From the NCBI GenBank assembly GCA_964016885.1, contig OZ024742.1:137516001-137580000 (forward strand): a stretch of DNA of 64,000 nt, given 5' to 3'. A program made the translations under genes and the position numbers. Source of the DNA: Eledone cirrhosa (Eukaryota). Below, piece by piece: positions 55,919-64,000 of the stretch; within the stretch, counting starts at the first letter, position 1; each line of letters begins with the position of its first letter. The notes beneath the pieces were generated by a model that saw only the letters and a program-made list of their open reading frames with translations, did not search any database and was not told the origin of the DNA.

Positions 55919-58283
55919 TTTCTTTATTAACCACAAGGGTTTACATAAAGTAGACATTAAGGACAGTGCAGGACAATGCAGGACGGTACAAATGGGCATT
56001 TCTGCTGGTAAAAAACAAAAACAGAGGATGTAACAAAAAATAACAATGAAAAATTCCCCAATAGGGGGGAGACTTCGGAGGGACATTTGTGGAGAAAGCC
56101 CAGTAAAAACCAACAATGACCCTGACCACCAAGGCAAGTGCCCTCTCCCAGTTTTCCACCTTTAATTTACAGATATATATACAGATATATATTCACTCGG
56201 GCCATTCTTGCTTCTCTCACCCATATTTCAACAAAATGCTGGGAAGAGAGCACTTCCCTCTCTACTCTGATTTTCCTTTTCAAATGAAATTTGAAAAAGT
56301 CAATCAGAGCATCACCGAAGAGGTAAGTGCTCGTCTTCAGCCCTTTCAAACGTGTCCACCATACTATCTCTTTCGCCATGGCCACCAGACAGATAAAAAC
56401 TGCCTGCCCTTCCCGGCTAAATGAGGAGGGCGGGGCAATCCTCACGATGGACTCAGATGATAGCCGGATCCGTCCTAAACGCGACAGCAGGTGATCGACA
56501 TAAACCCACAAGTCAGCAATTTTCGGACACTGGACCAGTGCGTGCAGGACGGTTTCGTCGCCCTGCGCGCATCTCGGACATGCCCGGCTGACGGCACCTC
56601 CATGCCTGTAGAGTTTATTCCGAACTGGCAAGGCTCCTCGGTAGCACTGCCAGGCCAGAGATTTCTGGAAGTTGTCCATAGGCCCCGGCCCGAAAGTTCT
56701 TCCGAAGAGATTGGCTAGTTGATTTTCGTCGACGCCTAGAGTTTCCCCAAGTACGTCGTCGCTCTTCCCCTCCACTAATCCTCTATAGAACGCCAAGGTG
56801 GAGTTTCCACCGATCACATTGCCCGATTGGTCGAGGGCTGTGAGCGCCTGAAGACATTCCAGTCTCCAGGCGCTCCCTACGGTCTTCGCTTGACCCAGGA
56901 CTGCAGCTCCGTCAAGGAAACGAGCTGGGGAAATACGTGTCTAGCAAACGGCGACCACACCTGATCACCGTCGAAGAAGAGGTGGAGATGTCGTAACCTG
57001 AACGCGTGCCTGCGCATCATCAGCCACGGCATGCCCAGCCCTCCACGTAGCGGGTGTTGACAACAGATGGACCACCTGACCATCGGAGCACGTCCCTTCC
57101 ACAAAAAGCGAAAGAGCAAACGCTCCAGCCCAGTCAGGCAAGGCTTAGGACAAGGTACGACGGTCAGGCGGTAGCAGATGACAGACGCGATGTACGCGTT
57201 AGCCACCTCCGCTCGACCTTTCAGGGATAGCTTCCTCTCCGCCCATTTCTGGGTGAGAGAAGCCACCCTGCTCGTCACCTCGTCCCAGTTTTTGTCCGTC
57301 TGGAGGTCCGGACCGAACCAGACCCCTAGCAGTTTAACCGGTCCGTCCGTCCAGCGTCCGACGACGCTGTTGTACGGCATGGACCTGCCTCTCCAGGTGC
57401 CGAGCTGCAGGCCCACTGACTTTTCCTGGTTGATCATTGCTCCTGTCACCGCTTCGTTTTCTCTTACTGTAGTGCCGATCGCCTCGATGTGTTTGGCGTT
57501 CGACACCACTACGGTGACATCGTCCGCATATGCTGACACGGATCTTCCGCATCCTAGTTCGCGCGGGACTCCCCTCAACGTGTCCAGTTTGGGCAGTAAT
57601 GGCTCGAGAGTCAATACGTACAAGAGGGACGAGAGGGGACATCCTTGGCGGACCGAGCGCATGATGTTGAACGGTTCCGACAGGTGACCGTTCACTCTCA
57701 CCACAGAGCAGATGTCGCTGTGCATGGCAGCGATCCAGCCTCTGAAGACGGGCCCAAAGCCAGCCGCCCTCAGGACTGCCGCTAGGTAACGATGGTCGAC
57801 CCTATCGAAAGCTTTCGACTGATCTAAATTGATCAAGGACCCACCCGTGCAAGGTTCCTTAGCTACCCTCTCTATGATGTATCGCATGAGGTGGAGGTTG
57901 TCGTGGATGGATCTGTCGGGAATGGCGCATGTCTGCGCCTCTCCCACCAGACCACCAACGACAAGCGCCAACCTCTTTGCTAGCACCTTGGCCAAAATCG
58001 AACTCTGTGTTTAGCAGAGTTATGGGCCGGAAATTATCTATGTTATCCCCCTTGTTCGGATCCTTTCTCAGCAGTGCCACCGCTCCTCGGCTCACAGAAC
58101 TGGGAATTCTCCCGTTCTGTTGCCAGTTGCAGTAGACGTCCGCCAAGAGGCCTCCGAACAAGTCTGGCATCTGTACGTAAAGTTCATAGGGCAGACCATC
58201 CAAACCAGGCGATTTACCCCTTGTGCAGCCAGTCATTGCCTCCCTTACTTCAGCGGCTGTTATCGGCTTTTCGCAACACTTCC
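55917..58283 (-). mobile_element. Tx1/L1-type retrotransposon, 5'-truncated
   Basis: KSPGLDGLPYE, FRPITLLN, LDQSKAFDRV, VRQGCPLS, AYADD and CPRC..ETVLHALVQC. Flanked by (AAT)n on both sides. Confidence 0.92.
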
Positions 58284-58316
58284 GTATAATAATAATAATA
58301 ATGACTGAGATTCAAG

Positions 58317-58346
<30 letters not shown>

Positions 58347-58347
<1 letters not shown>

Positions 58348-58532
58348 TGTTTCTACTTAGGCACAAGGCCAGCAATTATCCAGTGCATTACTGGTACTTT
58401 ATTTTATCGACCCCGTAAGGATGAAAGGCAGAGTTAACCTCGGCGGGATTTAAAATCAGAAAGGCAAGGGCAGTAACTCTATACGTCAAAGCATGGCGTC
58501 CCATCCTCTACCGATACTGCCAATCCACCGCC
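58347..58532 (-). mobile_element. tRNA-type SINE (ATT-target family)
   Basis: Full-length reverse copy inside (AAT)n. Confidence 0.9.
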
Positions 58533-58536
58533 CTCT

Positions 58537-58569
<33 letters not shown>

Positions 58570-59084
58570 CGCTTTTGGAACACTTCAAAAGGCATGCTTG
58601 CTGGGAACAGCAAGAACCCTCCGATACGTCCTGAATATCTGAGGCTGCAGGTAGGGACTTGATATTCATTTCAACAAACATTCCAGTTAAATAACATCAA
58701 TCACTGAGACTCAAAGAACAAGGAAAAAAGATCGTGCCTGATTGTGTATGTGGCCTGCCCATTCGACACGAGATTGCAAGAGAAGGAGAGGGAGAAAATT
58801 TACCGATACCAGGACTTAAAGTGGGAGGTAAAAAGGATTTGGAACTGCCATGAAGTCATAGTGGTTCCGATTGTCATAGGCGCACTAAGTACTATCTCAA
58901 AAAGTTTATAGGGATGGTTAAAGAAAATTGGCCCCTTCACGCTTTTTGGAACGCTTCAAAAGGCCTGCTTACTGGGAACAGCAAGAACCCTCCGATACGT
59001 CCTGAATATCTGAGGCTGCAGGTAGTGGCTTGATATTCATTTCAACAAACTTTCCAGTTAACTAACATCAATCACTGAGACTCA

Positions 59085-59134
<50 letters not shown>

Positions 59135-59440
59135 GAGAGGAGAAAATTAACCGATACCAGGACCTAAAGTGGGAGGTGAAAAGGATCTGGAACTGCCATG
59201 AAGTCAAAGTGATCCCGATTGTCATAGGCGCACTGGGGACTATCTCCAAAAGTTTCCAGGGATGGTTAAAGAAAATCGGCCACTTCACGCTTTTTGGAAC
59301 GCTTCAAAAGGCATGCTTGCTTGGAACAGCAAGAACCCTCCGATACGTCCTGAATATCTGAGGCTGCAGGTAGTGGCTTGATATTCAATCCAACGGACTT
59401 TCCAGTTGACGAACACCAATGACTGAGATTCAAGGAATAA
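58570..59440 (+). mobile_element. Three short 3'-end fragments of R4/Dong family A
   Basis: About 58570-58720, 58721-59084 and 59134-59440, each with KACLLGTARTLRYVLNI* and the 3' UTR. (AAT)n lies before the first, between the last two and after the third. Confidence 0.88.
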
Positions 59441-59714
59441 CAACGATAATAATAATAATAATAATAATAATGTTTTCTTTATTAACCACAAGGGTTCACA
59501 TAAAGTAGACATTAAGGACAGTACAGGACAATACAGGACGGTACAAATGGGCATTTCTGCGTGTAAAAAAACAGAGGTTGAAATAAAATAACAAAGAAAA
59601 ATTCCCCAATAGGAGGGAGACTTCCGAGGGACATTTGTGGAGAAAGCCCATTAAAAGACCACAGTGGCCCTGACCACCAGGGCAAGTGCCCTCTCCCAGT
59701 TTTCCACCCTTAAT

Positions 59715-62700
59715 TTACAGACACATACTCAGAGAAGGCCCATTCATTCGGGCCATACTTGCTTCTCTCACCCATCTTTCAACAAAATGCTGGGAAGAGA
59801 GCACTTCCCTCTCTACCCTGATTTTTCTTTTCAAATGAAATTTGAAAAAGTTAATCAGGGCATCACCGAAGAGGTAAGTGCTCGTCTTCAGCCCTTTCAA
59901 ACGTGTCCACCATACTATCTCTTTCGCCTAGGCCACCAGACAGATAAAAACTACCTGCCCTTCCAGGCTAAAGGAAGGGGGCGGGGCAATCCTCACGATG
60001 GACTCAGCTGATAGCCGGATAGGTCCTACACGTGACAGCAGGTGTTCGACATAAACCCACAAGTCAGCAATGCTCGGACACTGGACGAGTGCGTGCAGGA
60101 GGGTTTCGTCGCCCTGCACGCATCTCGGACATGCCCGGCTGACGGCACCTCCATGCCTGTAGAGTTTATCCCGAACTGGCAAAGCTCCTCGGTAGCACTG
60201 CCAGGCCAGGGATTTCTGGAAGTTGTCCATAGGCCCCGGCCCGAAAGTCCTTCCGAAGAGATTGGCCAGTTGATTTTCGTCGACGCCTAGAGTTTCTCCA
60301 AGTACGTCGTCGCTCTTCCCCTCCACTAATCCCCTATAGAACGCCAAGGTGGAGTTTCCACCGATCACATTGCCCGATTGGTCGAGGGCTGTGAGCGCCT
60401 GAAGACATTCCAGTCTCCAAGCGCTCCCTCTCGGTCTTCGCTTGACCCAGGACTGCAGCTCCGTCAAGGAGACGAGCTGGGGAAAAACGTGTCTAGCAAA
60501 CGGCGACCACACCTGATCACCGTCGAGGAAGAGGTGGAGTGTCGTAGCCTGAGCGCGTGTCAGCGCATCATCAGCCACGGCATGCCCAGCCCTCCACGTA
60601 GCGGGTGTTGACAGCAGATGGACCGCCTGACCATCGGAGCGCGTCCCTTCCACAAGAAGCGAAAGAGCAAACGCTCCAGCGCAGTCAGGCGGGGCTTAGG
60701 ACAAGGTACGACGGTCAGGCGGTAGTAGATGACGGATGCGATGTACGCATTCGCCACCTCCGCTCGACCTTTCAAGGATAGCTTCCTCTCGGCCCATTTC
60801 TGGGTGAGAGAAGCCACCCTGCTCGTCACCTCGTCCCAGTTTTTGTCCGTCTGGAGGTCTGGACCGAACCAGACCCTAGCAATTTAACCGGTCCGTCCGT
60901 CCAGCGCCCGACGACGCTGTTGGACGGCATGGACCTGCCTCTCCAGGTGCCGAGCTGCAGGCCCACTGACTTTTCCTGGTTGATCATTGCTCCTGTCACC
61001 GCTTCGTATTCTCTTAGTGTAGTGCCGATCGCCTCGATGTGTTTGGCGTTCGACACCACTACGGTGACATCGTCGGCATATGCTGACACGGATCTTCCGC
61101 ATCCTAGTTCGCGCGGGATCCCCCTCAACGTCTCCAGTTTGTGCAGTAATGGCTCGAGAGTCAATACGTACAATAGGGACGAGAGGGGACATCCTTGGCG
61201 GACCGAGCGCATGATGTTGAACGGTTCCGAAAGGTGACCGTTCACTCTCACTACAGAGCAGATGTCGCTGTGCATGGCAGCGATCCAGCCTGTGAAGACG
61301 GGCCCAAAGCCAGCCGCCCTCAGGACTGCCGTTAGGTAACGATGGTCGACCCTATCGAAGGCTTTCGACTGATCTAAATTGATCAAAGACCCACCCGTGC
61401 CAGGTTCCCTAGCTACCCTCTCTACGATGTATCGCATGAGGTGGAGGTTGTCGTGGATGGATCTGTCGGGAATGGCGCATGTCTGTGCCTCTACCACCAG
61501 ACCACAAACGACAAGCGCCAACCTCTTTGCTAGCACCTTGGCCAAAATCTTGAACTCTGTGTTTAGCAGAGTTATGGGCCTAAAATTATCTATGTTATCC
61601 CCCTTGTTCGGATCCTTTCTCAGCAGCGCCACCGCTCCTCGGCTCACAGAGCTGGGAATTCTCCCGTTCCGTTGCCAGTTGCAGTAGACGTCCGCCAAGA
61701 GGCCTCCGAACAAGTTTGGCATTTGTACGTAAAGTTCATAGGGCAGACCATCCAAACCAGGCGATTTACCCCTTGTGCAACTAGTCATTGCATCCCGTAC
61801 TTCAGCGGTTGTTATCGGCTTTTCGCAACACTCCGCCTCAGTGGCCGAAAGCCGCGGCAGTCCGTCGAGGTAGACACTAAAGTCCATCCCTCGATCCGGC
61901 CCGCCACTGCCCCCGAACAGTTGAGCGAAGTGTCGCTGAAAAGCTTCACACATTTGCCCGGGATCGAGTAGCATGCGCCCGTCGTGGTCCACAAAAGACC
62001 GGATCGTGGCTTTGTTGCCACGACGCGCCTCCGCCACTCGGGCCCATTGAACGGCTTTCGTCCCCTCGTGTCTGAGAGCACGCACCCTAGCTCTGACAAC
62101 GCAGCCTTCGTGCTTTGCATTGAAGAATTGGTCAAGGGCCAATTTCGCCGCAAGTACGTCGGTCGCGATGCCTTTGCTAAGCGCCTCATCTAATTTTCTA
62201 CCTAATTCTCCCTCTGCTCTATTTTTCTCTATTGCTAAAGTCTTACTAAACCTAATGGACTCTATTCTAATTGCTCTTTTCAGAGCAAACCACCACTTGT
62301 TCTTGACGATGGCCCCCGTCAACGCCCGCTTAACTAGTTCGCTAATCCGGTCTCTGTAGGCCTTGCGCGCTGGTAAGGACGCGTTTAACTTCCAGTAGCC
62401 GGGTCCTCGTCTATGAAGCCTATCTAAGTCAAGCACACAGATCACGAATTTGTGGTCCGTGTAGCTGACTATCTTGAATTGTGGACAGCCTATGCTAGAC
62501 CTATCTATTTCCCTACAAAATACTCTATCTAGATATGATCTGGATGACCCTATGCGATTTGTCCAAGTCCACATTGGTACATTCGGGAAATCCATTCGGT
62601 ACCTCTCAGACAGTTCAAAACGTCTGAGCAGGTTGGTGAGACTCTTGCACCCTCCTTCCCTATCCACTAATCCCACACAATCCCAGCGTGCATCTAAGAT

Positions 62701-63132
62701 CCCGTTCCAGTCGCCCACTAACACTAAAGAGCGGGACGTTCCAAGAAAGGTCTCCAGACGCCGGAAGAAATCAGGCCGCCCTGCTCCTGTCGGGGCATAG
62801 ACGGCCACTAACCTGAAAGCTTGCCCGTCTCCGCTGGTCACGTCCAGCACCACCAACTTACCTTCTGGGTCCAGGAAGATGGCCCGTATGGCAAGATCCA
62901 AACCTCTCCGAAAAAGCACAGCAACTCCTCCCCCCGATCCCGGACGGCTGGGAGATGCGTACACATCGTAGCCGCCGAAGATCGGTGCGAAAGCCTGTGC
63001 TTCGGAGATTCTGGTCTCGCTGATGGCCACTACATCTATGTTTAGTGACCTGAGGTCGTTGAGCAGGTGGCCCTGCTTCCATGACGACCCCAAGCCACGC
63101 GCATTTATGCTGCCTATTCTGAGTGAGGTCAT
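59715..63132 (-). pseudogene. ORF2: APE endonuclease, reverse transcriptase and zinc knuckle; two frameshifts and one stop
   Basis: SINARGL, ISET, VYAP, GDWN, SYLDR and TDH (APE), then RT motifs. Versus the 56-58 kb copy: 1-bp losses near 60873 and 60540, and ATG->TAG at 59928. Confidence 0.92.
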
Positions 63133-63166
63133 GTTGAAAAGGAGTGGAAAAGATGGGAAAGACCAC

Positions 63167-63991
63167 TTACCTTACTTCTCGTAGGGGAAGGACGGCTTTT
63201 CCATCCTTTTCACTGCTTGTGGCCTCCTCAGGAAGGATGTCCTTATAAATCCTCCTGGAGAGTGCTTGTCGGAAGTCTCCGATGTCTTTGGGGAATTTTT
63301 GTTTTAGTGTCATGTACGTTTTCTGTGTGATGCGAGTGATTTGTATGTGTGGAGGTGGTGTGAATTTTGGGGTTGTTGTGTAGTCTTTTTCTGTGATGCT
63401 GGTGTTGTGTTGGATGTAGTGTAATAATTGCTTGTTGTTCAAATTTAATGCTGTGTAGTGTGTATCGTTTTGGTTGTTTTGTTTTGTTTGCGTTTGTTGT
63501 GGGTTTGTTTCTGTTTCGCATTTTGGTGACTTTTGTGGTGTAGGTGATTGTGGTGCTGGGGATAATGATGGTGATGGTGTTGGTGTTTGGGTTGATGGGG
63601 TTGGTGATGCTGGTGTGGATGGTGGCATATCTGTCCTAACTTTTTTGTTTCTTAGTTTATTTGTTTCCCTCTGTATTTTGTTTTTGGAGGGGGAAGGAAG
63701 AGAATTTTTTCTTTTTTGGTTTCTTTTTTTTTTTCCGGATATCGTTTCCCACTCCTCGTCGTCACAATCTGTCTCCAGTTGTGATAGGCCGGGGAGTGGA
63801 AAATCCTCCACAGCCGTTAGTTTTGGTTGTGGTGTGGTGGATGGTGTAGGCGCTGGTGCTAGTTCTGGCACGTTGGGTGGTGGTGGTGTTGGTTTTGCTG
63901 GTGGTGGTAGTGGTGTTGGTTTTGCTACTGTTGCTGGGGTTGTTGTTGTTATAGTTGCTTCTGTTGTTGCTGCTACAGTTGTTGCTGGCAT
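63167..63991 (-). CDS. C-terminal part of Tx1 ORF1 (Pro/Thr-rich, basic patch)
   Basis: Open frame ending 34 bp upstream of the ORF2 ATG, with EEWETISGKKKRNQKRK. The N-terminus is outside the window. Confidence 0.7.
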   Translation of the reverse strand: MPATTVAATTEATITTTTPATVAKPTPLPPPAKPTPPPPNVPELAPAPTPSTTPQPKLTAVEDFPLPGLSQLETDCDDEEWETISGKKKRNQKRKNSLPSPSKNKIQRETNKLRNKKVRTDMPPSTPASPTPSTQTPTPSPSLSPAPQSPTPQKSPKCETETNPQQTQTKQNNQNDTHYTALNLNNKQLLHYIQHNTSITEKDYTTTPKFTPPPHIQITRITQKTYMTLKQKFPKDIGDFRQALSRRIYKDILPEEATSSEKDGKAVLPLREVR

Positions 63992-64000
63992 CTCTGCTAC

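Larger units (their letters stand above)
59472..64000 (-). mobile_element. Tx1/L1-type retrotransposon (ORF1 + APE-RT ORF2), running off the window
   Basis: Two-ORF layout. The 3' end cccttgtggttaataaagaaaaca abuts (TTA)n. Confidence 0.93.

Noticed and set aside
57178-62800. Plus-strand ORFs overlapping the Tx1 elements
   Set aside because: Antisense shadows of GC-rich ORF2 with no recognisable motifs.

Overview
Repeat-dense animal genomic DNA with no host gene I can confidently call. The SINE sequences and microsatellite load resemble octopus/coleoid cephalopod DNA (recalled resemblance, not verified). Contents: (i) a stack of R4/Dong-type RLE retrotransposons of two families separated by (TAA)n tracts (32.4-44 kb, 58.3-59.5 kb); (ii) two Tx1/L1-type APE-RT retrotransposons in (ATT)n tracts; (iii) a tRNA-type SINE with ATT-starting target-site duplications whose 3' end resembles the Tx1 3' end; (iv) Penelope-like (GIY-YIG) remnants and several unrelated (TA)n-flanked fold-back elements carrying minimal type I hammerhead ribozyme motifs, often as inverted pairs; (v) three non-autonomous Helitron-like elements, two mariner relics, RTE relics, minisatellites and microsatellites. 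The strongest leads are the hammerhead fold-back elements and the putative Tx1/SINE partnership with strand-specific microsatellite targeting. All structures were read by eye, so boundaries are approximate unless exact motifs are quoted.
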